From positions 5,187 through 53,612 of the forward strand of contig CAZXYP010000001.1 in assembly GCA_964644955.1 (NCBI GenBank): a stretch of DNA of 48,426 nt, given 5' to 3'. Position 1 is the first letter of the stretch. Each line of letters begins with the position of its first letter. Both the position numbers and the translations under genes were made by a program. Below the pieces are notes generated by a model. The model was not told where the DNA came from. It did not search any database and saw only the letters and a list, made by a program, of their open reading frames with translations. This stretch comes from an uncultured Anaerolineales bacterium. Its GTDB lineage: Bacteria; Chloroflexota; Anaerolineae; UBA4142; SHND01. This document shows, one piece after another, positions 36,182 to 45,070 of the stretch.

Positions 36182-36224
36182 AAAATAGAATTCCGAATTC
36201 AACAAGAATTCGGAATTTTATTTT
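36182..36224. terminator. Long hairpin terminator downstream of HMG-CoA reductase
   Basis: AAAATAGAATTCCGAATTC-AACAA-GAATTCGGAATTTTATTTT: 19-bp stem with one mismatch. Confidence 0.8.
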
Positions 36225-37765
36225 CATCTGTTTCGCCCGTACTTTTCGTGACTGCTCACCCAATCGCTCGACGAAATCGCCGCGGCGAGTGAGATTTCTC
36301 CCGCCAGCACCACGCCTGCCACAATTTCCGCCAGTTTGTTGACTTTGCCTTTGCCGGCGCAGCCGAGGATTTCCAGACTTTCATTTTGCGTGGCGAGTTT
36401 TACGCCGCCGCCGTGCGTGGCAACAATCAATGACGGAATCGTGAGTGAAATGTATAAATCGTTATCCGGTGTCATTTCACAGTAAATAATGCCCGCCGAG
36501 GATTCTGATACATTCGCCACATCCTGTCCTGTCGCAATAAACATCGCGGTGATGCCGTTCGCGGAATGCAGTCCGTTATTGTTGACGCCCGACATGAAAC
36601 CGCCAATCGTTGCGACGCCGTAATGATAAAACAGTTTTTCCGGCTCGACGCGCATGTTTTCAATCAAGACATCGCGTTTCACCACCGCTTCGGCGACGAC
36701 CCGTTTGCCGCGCGTGCGCGCAATATTAATCCACGACGCTTTTTTGTCGGTGGCGAAATTCGATTCCAAATAAAAATTGGTGATGCCCGCGTAATTGTCA
36801 ATAATCCAACTGCACGCGCCGAACGTCGCGCGTCCGACCATGTTTTGCCCCGCCGCATCGCCGGTGTGGTAATTGAAACGCAGGAACGCGAATTTATTCG
36901 AGAGGTACGGGTCAATGTCCTGTAGTTTTGCCACGGACGAGGTCGCTTCGGCTTGCTCCTTGATGGTTTCAAAATTTTCCGCGACCCATTTCACAAAATC
37001 GCGCGCCTCACGCGCGTTGCCGAAAACGAAAACGGGCGCGCGCTGCATGGCGTCATCCAAAACGGTTGTGGTGACGCCGCCCGACAGGTTCAAAATTTTA
37101 ATGCCGCGATTGTACGAGGCGACGAGCGTGCCTTCGGTGGTGGCAAGCGGAATCAAAAAATCGCCGACCGCGTGTTCGCCGTTGATTTTGAGCGGACCTG
37201 CCAGCCCGATAGGTATTTGCGCCACGCCCAAGAAATGTTCGATATTGCCTTTCAAGATGTGCGGGTCAAAGGAATATTGATTAATATGCTGTAACTTGAC
37301 GCCGCTGACTTGTTCCACCAGCTGCTGACGCTGCTTGATAATCTCGGACGCGTAATCGTCATTCTCATCGCGCGGAATCTTGATGCCTTGCTTTACCGCG
37401 TCGGTAATGGCATCGTCCACTTTGAATTGCAGCTTACCGTACGTTTTTGCCTCAAAGCCGATTTCGATTTCGTGCTTGCCTTTCGGCAGCGCGGGCAAGT
37501 TCGTTTGGACAATCAACGGCATGCGCAGCGGGAACGACAGCGGCGCGGCATTGGAAATCTGCGCGGGGTCTAATACGCGCCCATCGGACAACACGAGTTT
37601 GACCTTGTTGAGCGGCGCTTCTTTGCCGTCAATGGCGACTTTGCGTATGCCGACCAAATCCACATCGCTCAGACGATTTTTGACCGCAAACTGTACGCCG
37701 TCGGGCGTATTTTTCAAGCTGCCCAACGTATATAATTTTTTCAACAACATGCTGGGAATAATCAT
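36224..37765 (-). CDS. hmgA: Class I HMG-CoA reductase with an extra N-terminal domain
   Basis: GNIEHFLG, PLATTEGTLVAS, TGDAAGQNM, TDKKAS, ATGQDVAN, HGGG, C-terminal His; GGAGG SD before ATG 37765. Confidence 0.9.
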   Translation of the reverse strand: MIIPSMLLKKLYTLGSLKNTPDGVQFAVKNRLSDVDLVGIRKVAIDGKEAPLNKVKLVLSDGRVLDPAQISNAAPLSFPLRMPLIVQTNLPALPKGKHEIEIGFEAKTYGKLQFKVDDAITDAVKQGIKIPRDENDDYASEIIKQRQQLVEQVSGVKLQHINQYSFDPHILKGNIEHFLGVAQIPIGLAGPLKINGEHAVGDFLIPLATTEGTLVASYNRGIKILNLSGGVTTTVLDDAMQRAPVFVFGNAREARDFVKWVAENFETIKEQAEATSSVAKLQDIDPYLSNKFAFLRFNYHTGDAAGQNMVGRATFGACSWIIDNYAGITNFYLESNFATDKKASWINIARTRGKRVVAEAVVKRDVLIENMRVEPEKLFYHYGVATIGGFMSGVNNNGLHSANGITAMFIATGQDVANVSESSAGIIYCEMTPDNDLYISLTIPSLIVATHGGGVKLATQNESLEILGCAGKGKVNKLAEIVAGVVLAGEISLAAAISSSDWVSSHEKYGRNR

Positions 37766-38056
37766 GGCGGGATTCCTCCGGTGAATTGGCAAGTTGGGAC
37801 AGTCTAACACAAATTATTTGCAGGCGACAAGTCCCGTGTTGTCGGCGGATGGGCGTCAACGTTTTGGGTTGGCGCGGCGCGCGATTTCCCCAATTGTGTA
37901 GAGGCGAAATCGCGCCAACGGACACGCAAAATGTGCCTTCGCATGTTGGGGCTCTGTGTTTTCCCAAAATTCTGACGCGCACCCGTTAGCGGCGTCCGCA
38001 AAAAAAATCTTGCGCAGAAGGCGCGTTGGCGCGAGAATAAAACGGTAGGCAAAGCG

Positions 38057-38100
38057 GCTTGCGCGCAAGCTCGCTTGCGCGCAAGCTCGCTTGCGACAAG
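38057..38100. repeat. 16-bp tandem repeat containing the palindrome GCTTGCGCGCAAGC
   Basis: Two full units plus a partial third, upstream of dodecin. Confidence 0.8.
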
Positions 38101-38133
38101 ATGCCCAAATTTCAATGATGAAAGGAGCAGCGT

Positions 38134-38352
38134 ATGGCAGACAGTGTTTATAAAATCATCGAGTTGGTCGGCACCAGCACCGAATCGTGGGAAAAAGCCG
38201 CGACCAACGCGATTGAAACGGCGCAAAAGAGTTTACGCGATTTGCGCATTGCCGAAGTGGACAAATTGGATATGCAAATCGAGGACGGCAAAATCGTCGC
38301 GTATCGCGCGCGTGTGCGTCTCTCGTTCAAGTATCATGCCGACAACGATTAA
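38134..38352 (+). CDS. Dodecin-family protein
   Basis: SVYKIIELVGTSTESWEKAA...YRARVRLSFKY; AAAGGAG SD. Confidence 0.9.
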   Translation: MADSVYKIIELVGTSTESWEKAATNAIETAQKSLRDLRIAEVDKLDMQIEDGKIVAYRARVRLSFKYHADND

Positions 38353-38370
38353 GCGCAAGGCACAATAGAA

Positions 38371-38409
38371 AAAAATGCGGGGACGAATACATTTCGTTCC
38401 CGCATTTTT
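38371..38409. terminator. Bidirectional terminator
   Basis: AAAAATGCGGG-GACGAA-TACAT-TTCGTT-CCCGCATTTTT between convergent genes. Confidence 0.8.
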
Positions 38410-38427
38410 GTTTGCCGCGCCGCACGC

Positions 38428-40686
38428 TCAGATGACCAAATCGGGTTCGGTCTCGCGCGCCAATTGCACGCGCGCCAGATGCAGGCGTTCCAACGACGCC
38501 TTGGCAATTTCACGCATGAACGTATAGCCCATGGTCGGGTCCACTTCAAAAATCGCGCGCAGCAGTGCGCCGTTCATTTCCAACATGCGACACGGTGTGG
38601 CAGTGCGCGCCGTCATCATGTACGTGTGCGGTTCAATCAATGCCGAAATGCCGACGGGAATGCCGGCTTCGATTTCACCCGCCAACACGCGCTGTTTGGG
38701 ATGCCCTTCCATTCCGAAATACAAATCCACGCTGCCTTGCAGCGGCAGATACAAAGTGTCTGCCGCATCCCCTTCTTGAAACAAAGTGACGTTCGGTTCC
38801 AGGTGCTGTTCGCGCGTCAGCGCCGCAATCACCCGGAGCTGCGCCGCATTCAAGCGCGCAAAAAACGGATACGCCTGTAATTGTTCTCCTGAAAGCATCG
38901 TTGCCTCCTTGTGTTGGTCCAAATCCAAATGCGGCGCGTACGCCATCGTTTGATGTTGCAGTGTCCACATGCGCGCGTACAAACCGCACTGTTTCAATAA
39001 TTCGTCGTGCGTGCCGCGTTCGACAATGCGCCCGCGGTCCAGTACCAAAATTGTATCCATTCTTGCCAAATCCGCTAACCGATGTGTAAGCAAAATCAGC
39101 CCGCGATCCGCGCACGCGTCAAAAATCTCATGCAGCAGCGCGCGTTCGTTTGCGGCGTCCAACTGCGCGGTCGGTTCGTCGAGCATCCACAGCGGCGTGT
39201 CGCGCAGCAGCGCACGCGCAACGCCGAGGCGCTGTCGTTCTCCGCCGCTGAGCGCCGCGCCGCGTTCGCCGATGGGCGTATCGTATCCTTGCGGTAGTTG
39301 TTGAAGGAACGCGTGAATTTGCGCGCGCTGCGCCGCGCGTTCGATTTCGTCTTGGGTTGCGTCGGGTTTCGCCAAACGCAAATTCTCGCGCGCGCTCGCG
39401 TTGAACAAATACGTGCGCTGCGCAATGACGCTGATTTGCGCCCGCGCGTTTTCCGGCGCGAGTTCACGCAAGGGCGCGCCGCGCAGAAAAATTTCACCCG
39501 CATCCAAATCCCAAAAGCGCGCGAGGATATTGACCAACGTGGATTTGCCCGCGCCGCTCGGTCCGACGATGGCAATTTTTTCGCCGCGCGCCAGCGTGAA
39601 CGAAATGTCGTCGAGCGCATTCGGTTCACCGTTCGCATACGCAAAACGCGCGTGCCGCAGCTCGAGCAGGGTTGTCCCGCGCGGTTGAGCTTTTGGCGAC
39701 GCGGGAAGGGCGTAACGCGGCGCGGTTTTTGTTGGGGGCGGCGCGGTGAATTCAAACAAACGCTGTCCCGCCGCCAAAGAATTTTCGAGTGCTTGTGCGG
39801 CTTGCGGTAACGGCGTCACCGCTTCAAATGCGGCAGCGGTTGCCAGCGCCAACGTTGCCAAATACACGCCGCTGAATTCTTGCGCGTTGACGGCGGCGAC
39901 GCCGATGCCGAGAACGAGAAACAGAGTGAGATTCGCAAGCCAATCGCTTGCGCCCGCTTGCAGCGCGTTGATGCGCGCCATTCGCATTTGCGCGGACGCG
40001 TAGCGTTGTGAGGTTGCATTCGCGCGCGTGTGGATGGTGGCGCATTGCCCGAACGCGGTCAAATCGGCGATGCCTTGAATCGCGTCCACCATTTGCGCGT
40101 GCATATCGGCGCGCGCGGCGACCCACGCGCGCGCAATGTTTCGCGTCGCGCGCTGCACGGCTGCCGGAATGCCGACTCCGGCAATGAGCCACGCGAGCCA
40201 CAAAACCATCGCGAGTCGCGCGTCAAACAACCACAGGAACGCGCCCATGCCCAACGCAATGACGACGGCGACCAATGGCGGCGCAAGCACGCGCACGTAA
40301 AAATCCTGAAGCGTATCAATGTCCGTCACCGCGCGCGTCAACACATCGCCGCTGTGATATTGCTGCAGGCGCGCGGGCGCCAACGGTTCGAGCGCATTGT
40401 AAAACCACACGCGCAGCGCGGTGAGTAAACGCAAACTGACCGTGTGCGATGTCAAGCGTTCGAGATAACGCAAAACGCCGCGCGCAATGCCAAAAAAACG
40501 CACGCCCACAATCGCCACATTCAACGCCGCAATCGAAGGATGCAGCGCCGCCGCCGAAATCAAGTATGCGGACGTTGCCATCAAACCGATGCTCGCGCCG
40601 ACGGTGCCTGCGCCGAGCAAAACAGCGACGACCATCCACCATTTGAATGCCAGCGCAAAATGCGCGAGCCGCCAAAAATCACGCAT
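38428..40686 (-). CDS. cydC: Thiol reductant ABC exporter CydC with an in-frame C-terminal cNMP-binding domain
   Basis: VRFFGIARGVLRYLERL, GPSGAGKS, LSGGERQR, LDEPT; then YPFFARL..LFQEGDAADTLY..GSV..GISALI..TART (CAP_ED-like). Confidence 0.9.
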   Translation of the reverse strand: MRDFWRLAHFALAFKWWMVVAVLLGAGTVGASIGLMATSAYLISAAALHPSIAALNVAIVGVRFFGIARGVLRYLERLTSHTVSLRLLTALRVWFYNALEPLAPARLQQYHSGDVLTRAVTDIDTLQDFYVRVLAPPLVAVVIALGMGAFLWLFDARLAMVLWLAWLIAGVGIPAAVQRATRNIARAWVAARADMHAQMVDAIQGIADLTAFGQCATIHTRANATSQRYASAQMRMARINALQAGASDWLANLTLFLVLGIGVAAVNAQEFSGVYLATLALATAAAFEAVTPLPQAAQALENSLAAGQRLFEFTAPPPTKTAPRYALPASPKAQPRGTTLLELRHARFAYANGEPNALDDISFTLARGEKIAIVGPSGAGKSTLVNILARFWDLDAGEIFLRGAPLRELAPENARAQISVIAQRTYLFNASARENLRLAKPDATQDEIERAAQRAQIHAFLQQLPQGYDTPIGERGAALSGGERQRLGVARALLRDTPLWMLDEPTAQLDAANERALLHEIFDACADRGLILLTHRLADLARMDTILVLDRGRIVERGTHDELLKQCGLYARMWTLQHQTMAYAPHLDLDQHKEATMLSGEQLQAYPFFARLNAAQLRVIAALTREQHLEPNVTLFQEGDAADTLYLPLQGSVDLYFGMEGHPKQRVLAGEIEAGIPVGISALIEPHTYMMTARTATPCRMLEMNGALLRAIFEVDPTMGYTFMREIAKASLERLHLARVQLARETEPDLVI

Positions 40687-42397
40687 TGCCCGCTCCCGCC
40701 AGCGCCAGCTGCCGATAGACGCCTTCGCGCGCGAACAAGGTTTGATGCGTTCCTTGCGCGACAACGCGCCCGTTTTCCATGACAATGATTTTGTCGGCGT
40801 GATGCAGTGTCGTCAGCCGATGCGCGATGAGCAGCGTCGTGCGTCCGCGCATCAGGCGCACCGTCGCCTGCCGCAGCTGTTCCTCCAGCGTCGGGTCCAC
40901 TTGCGAAGTCGGTTCGTCCAACACCAAGAACGGCGCATCCTTGAGAAACGCGCGCGCCAACGCCAGGCGCTGCTGCTGTCCGCCGCTCAAGCGCGCGCCC
41001 TGTTCGCCGATGAGCGTATCGTACCCGCGCGGCTGTGCCGCAATCCACATATGCAGTTGCGCGTGCTGCGCGGCGCGTTCCACCTCCGCTTGCGTAGCGT
41101 CGGGGCGCGCGAGCCGAAGGTTGTTTGCAATCGTGTCGTGAAACAGATGCGGCGTTTGCGGCACATACGCAATGTGCACGCGCCATGCGTCCGCGTCGTA
41201 TGCGCGCAGCGGTGTGTCGTCCAAAAAAATTTCGCCGCGCGTGGGCGCGTCAAAGCGCAGCAGCAGATTCAACACGGTGGATTTGCCCGCGCCGCTCGGT
41301 CCGAACAACGCGACGGTTTCGCCGGCGCGGATTTCAAACGAAATGTCATGCAGCGCCGCGCGCGTCGGATATGCAAACGCGACATGGCGAAAGGTTATCG
41401 TTTTTGGAAAGTGGAGGATTGGGCGAGGGGATGTTGATGCGGCGGGCAGCGGCGCGTCGAGAATTTCAAAAATGCGCGCAGCGGCGGCGGCGCCCGACGA
41501 GGCGGCGTGAAACCGCTGTCCCAACATTCGCAAAGGAATATAAAACTCGGGCGCGAGAATCAGGATAAACAACGCGGGTTGAAATTCCATTTGCGCGTAC
41601 AACACACGCAGCCCGATGCCGACCGCAATCAACGCGACGCTCAGCGTGGCGAGCAATTCCAAAACGAGCGCGGACAAGAACGCGACGCGCAAAACCTTGA
41701 GTGTGGCTTGGGCGTACGCGTTCCCGACGCGTTCGATGCTTGCCGTCATCGCTCTGCTTTGATTCAGCAGTTTGAGCGTGGTCAGTCCTTGCAAGACATC
41801 CAAAAAATGCGCGCTCAATGCGCCGAGCCGTTTGTACTGCCGCTGTGTCAATCCTTCGGCGGCGTTGCCGATGAGCCGCATGAAAAAGGGAATCAACGGC
41901 GCGGTCACAAGGAGAATCAATGCCGACACCGCGTCGAGCGGCGCGACCGCGAGAAAAATCGCGAGCGGCACAATGACGGCAATGACGAGCTGTGGGAGAT
42001 ATTGCGAAAAATACGCGTCGAGCGTTTCAATCCCCGCGACGGCAGTGGTTGTCAATTCGCCGGTGCGTTCGCCGCGCGTGTACGCCGGCCCGAGCGTCAA
42101 TACGCGTTCCATCACCAGCGCGCGTAAATCGCGTTTGAGGTGAATGGCTAACGCGCTCGCGGCGGCTTCGTGCGCGCCGCGTAACAGCGCGCGCAGTGTG
42201 ACGATGCCCATGCCCATTACGAGCAGCGGCATCACAGTGGCGAGCGTTTGCCCGTCGAGAAAGACTTGCGCGATGACGCGGCTCAACACCCACGCTTGCG
42301 CGAGAATGGTGAGCGCGCCGAAAAACGCAAACGCGAGCGTCAGTAAAAACAGCGCGCGCTGCGAACGCGCAAATGTGAGCAAACGACGGTTCAACAT
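40679..42397 (-). CDS. cydD: Thiol reductant ABC exporter CydD
   Basis: YFSQYLPQ, TAPLIPFFM, FLDVLQGLTTLK, LRVAFLS, LAPEFYIPLR, Walker A/B and LSGGQ. Confidence 0.93.
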   Translation of the reverse strand: MLNRRLLTFARSQRALFLLTLAFAFFGALTILAQAWVLSRVIAQVFLDGQTLATVMPLLVMGMGIVTLRALLRGAHEAAASALAIHLKRDLRALVMERVLTLGPAYTRGERTGELTTTAVAGIETLDAYFSQYLPQLVIAVIVPLAIFLAVAPLDAVSALILLVTAPLIPFFMRLIGNAAEGLTQRQYKRLGALSAHFLDVLQGLTTLKLLNQSRAMTASIERVGNAYAQATLKVLRVAFLSALVLELLATLSVALIAVGIGLRVLYAQMEFQPALFILILAPEFYIPLRMLGQRFHAASSGAAAAARIFEILDAPLPAASTSPRPILHFPKTITFRHVAFAYPTRAALHDISFEIRAGETVALFGPSGAGKSTVLNLLLRFDAPTRGEIFLDDTPLRAYDADAWRVHIAYVPQTPHLFHDTIANNLRLARPDATQAEVERAAQHAQLHMWIAAQPRGYDTLIGEQGARLSGGQQQRLALARAFLKDAPFLVLDEPTSQVDPTLEEQLRQATVRLMRGRTTLLIAHRLTTLHHADKIIVMENGRVVAQGTHQTLFAREGVYRQLALAGAGNA

Positions 42398-42442
42398 AGA
42401 GACAGACCTGCGAGAGTGATTGAACCCCCGCAGGTCTCGTTG

Positions 42443-43459
42443 CTAGTACGTCAACCCTTCCGGTTTCGACTGAATCCGTTTGCGAAAGACCCAGTACGTC
42501 CAGCTCTGATACAACAATACAATCGGCACAAAAATGAGCGCGATGATGGTCATGATGGTGAGCGTGTATGGCGACGAAGCCGCATTGTAAATGGTCAGCG
42601 ACCACGCGGGATTCAACGACGAAATCATGACGCGCGGGAACAGAATCAAAAAGATGGTGGCGACGGAAAACAGAATCGAAAGCGCGGTGAGCAAAAACGC
42701 CCAGCCCATATTATTGCGGCGAATCAAAACCCCCGCGACTAACATAAGCACGACCATGCCGATAGGAATGACGCCGGGGTTCACGCCGAGATGCGCAACC
42801 AAATCGGTGGCAAAGTACGTGGCGCCAAAGTATAGGACGAGCAGCAGCGCGGCAGGAAACCACAAACGCATTGCGGCGCGCCGGGCGCGTTGTTCAAGTT
42901 CACCCGTTGTTTTGAGTGAGAGGAAAATCGCGCCGTACAAAGTAAACGCTGAAAGCGACGCCAGTCCGCCCAACAGCGCGTAGGGATTCAACAAATCGAA
43001 AAACGTGCCAACGTATTGCATTTGCGCGTTAATCGGCACACCGCGAATCAAATTTGCAAACGCGACGCCGAGCAGCAATGCCGGCACGAGACTGCCGCCG
43101 AAAATGCTCCAATCCCAAAACGCGCGCCAGCGCGGGCTGGGCGCTTTACTGCGAAATTCGAATGCGACGCCGCGCATGATTAAGGCGAGCAGCAGCAGAA
43201 AAAACGCGAGATAAAAACCGCTGAACATGGTCGCATACCAATTCGGAAACGCCGCAAAGGTCGCGCCGCCCGCCGTCAGCAGCCAGACTTCATTGCCGTC
43301 CCACACCGGACCGATGGTGTTGAGAATGACGCGGCGTTCGGTATCGCTTTTGCCGAGAAACGGCAGCAGGATGCCCACGCCGAAATCAAATCCTTCCAAT
43401 AGGAAATAGCCGGTATAAAGCACGGCGATGAGAATGAACCAGAGTATATTGAGATCCAT
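42443..43459 (-). CDS. cydB: Cytochrome bd oxidase subunit II
   Basis: LEGFDFGVG, IGPVWDGNEVWL, FAAFP, RGVAFEFR; GAGGAGG SD (start 43459 or 43462). Confidence 0.95.
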   Translation of the reverse strand: MDLNILWFILIAVLYTGYFLLEGFDFGVGILLPFLGKSDTERRVILNTIGPVWDGNEVWLLTAGGATFAAFPNWYATMFSGFYLAFFLLLLALIMRGVAFEFRSKAPSPRWRAFWDWSIFGGSLVPALLLGVAFANLIRGVPINAQMQYVGTFFDLLNPYALLGGLASLSAFTLYGAIFLSLKTTGELEQRARRAAMRLWFPAALLLVLYFGATYFATDLVAHLGVNPGVIPIGMVVLMLVAGVLIRRNNMGWAFLLTALSILFSVATIFLILFPRVMISSLNPAWSLTIYNAASSPYTLTIMTIIALIFVPIVLLYQSWTYWVFRKRIQSKPEGLTY

Positions 43460-43469
43460 CATGTCCTCC

Positions 43470-44855
43470 TCATTCCGCCGGCGCCAAAACATACGCGCCG
43501 GATTCTTGTTCGGGGGTGGATTGCGAAGCGCTGCCGCGCCGCGCAAATTTCAACAGCAGGTAAATGTTGGCGACCATCAATGCGCCATAGACGAGCGTAA
43601 AGACGACCAGCGACAGACTCACGGTGAATACATTGGTCACGACCGACACGCCTTGTTCCACCAACATCAAGCCGTTGACAATCCACGGCATCCGTCCGAC
43701 TTCTGCCATGAGCCAACCCGTTGTGGTTGCCACATAGGGCAAGAAAATCGCGTACGGGAAAATGCGCAGCCATTTGTTTTTCGCATCAAGCATTTCGCTC
43801 AAACCGAAAAACGCCGCGAGCAGCGCCAACGCCAACAGCGCAAACCCCGCGCCGACCATCGCGCGAAAACTCCAATACACAATCCACGCGGGCGGCACAT
43901 AATCGCCGGGTCCGAATTGGGCAGTGTATTTTGTCTGCAAATCGTTGATGCCCTGCACCTCGCAGGTCAGATTGTTGCACGCGAGCAGACTCAGCGCATA
44001 CGGAATGCGAATGGAAAAAAGTTCCTGCGTGCCGCTGCGGTCGCCGATGGTGAGCAGCGAAAATGAGGCGGGCTGTTCGGTTTCAAACAAACCTTCCGCC
44101 GCCGCAATTTTCATCGGCTGATTGGCGTACATGTGCTGCGCTTGCGCGTGTCCGTTCAAAATCACCAAGCCCACGCCCAATACCGCAAACACGGACGCGA
44201 TGGTAAAGGAACGTTTGAACACTTCGACATTGCTGTCGCGCCGCAGATGCCACGCGGCGATGCCCAACACAAAAAACGAAGCGGTGGTTAAACCGGCAGC
44301 AAACACGTGCGGGAACTGCACCAGCACATTCGGATTCAGCAAGAGCGCGAGAAAATCGGTCATCTCGGCGCGCCCGTTGCGAATCGTATAGCCGACGGGT
44401 TCTTGCATGAACGAGTTGGCGACCAGAATCCAGTACGCGGACACATTGGACGCGATGGCGACCAGCCAAATCGCGGCGAGATGCGCTTTGGCGGAAATTT
44501 TGTCCCAGCCAAAAATCCACACGCCGAGAAATGTGGATTCCAAAAAGAACGCGAGCAGCGCTTCAACCGCGAGCGGCGCGCCAAAAATATCGCCGACAAA
44601 GCGCGAGTACTCGGACCAATTCATACCGAATTGAAATTCCTGCACAATGCCGGTCACCACGCCCATCGCGAAATTGATGACAAATAATTTGCCCCAGAAC
44701 TTTGTCATTTCGCGATACATGTCGCGTTTCGTCACGACGTACATCGTTTCCATCAGCGCGACCAGAATCGAAAGCCCCAGCGTCAAAGGCACAAAGAAAA
44801 AGTGATAGACGGTCGTGATGGCAAACTGCAAGCGTGATAACATCAATACATCCAT
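43470..44855 (-). CDS. cydA: Cytochrome bd oxidase subunit I
   Basis: SRLQFA..YHFFFVP, QEFQFG, FFLESTF, ANSFMQ, QPMKIAAAEG, EVGRMPW; GGAGG SD before ATG 44855. Confidence 0.96.
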   Translation of the reverse strand: MDVLMLSRLQFAITTVYHFFFVPLTLGLSILVALMETMYVVTKRDMYREMTKFWGKLFVINFAMGVVTGIVQEFQFGMNWSEYSRFVGDIFGAPLAVEALLAFFLESTFLGVWIFGWDKISAKAHLAAIWLVAIASNVSAYWILVANSFMQEPVGYTIRNGRAEMTDFLALLLNPNVLVQFPHVFAAGLTTASFFVLGIAAWHLRRDSNVEVFKRSFTIASVFAVLGVGLVILNGHAQAQHMYANQPMKIAAAEGLFETEQPASFSLLTIGDRSGTQELFSIRIPYALSLLACNNLTCEVQGINDLQTKYTAQFGPGDYVPPAWIVYWSFRAMVGAGFALLALALLAAFFGLSEMLDAKNKWLRIFPYAIFLPYVATTTGWLMAEVGRMPWIVNGLMLVEQGVSVVTNVFTVSLSLVVFTLVYGALMVANIYLLLKFARRGSASQSTPEQESGAYVLAPAE

Positions 44856-45070
44856 GCTGTACCTCCGATTGTTGGAATGGGCGTCAATCGTCAACGCGTG
44901 CGCGGCGCCCGCGCACGGAACCACCACGCGCGCCGCGCCAAAAGTGATTTTTTTGTAATCTGATAGAATCATGTACGAGTCCAAGCAAGGTCAAAATCAA
45001 GTACGCGAATCTCGCATCAAACAAAATTCACTCTCACAGATATTCTGAAATGCAGATATACTGAATTCGT

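Noticed and set aside
37868-37920. Possible GTAG-type REP hairpin upstream of hmgA
   Set aside because: Imperfect, single copy in the window, and GCGC-rich pairing is common here.
42404-42440. Hairpin between cydB and cydD as a novel RNA
   Set aside because: A short intercistronic stem without a U tract; likely an ordinary mRNA stability element.
44960-44975. TGAT-AGA-ATCA as an FNR/Fur site upstream of cydA
   Set aside because: Spacing and length do not fit either consensus well enough.
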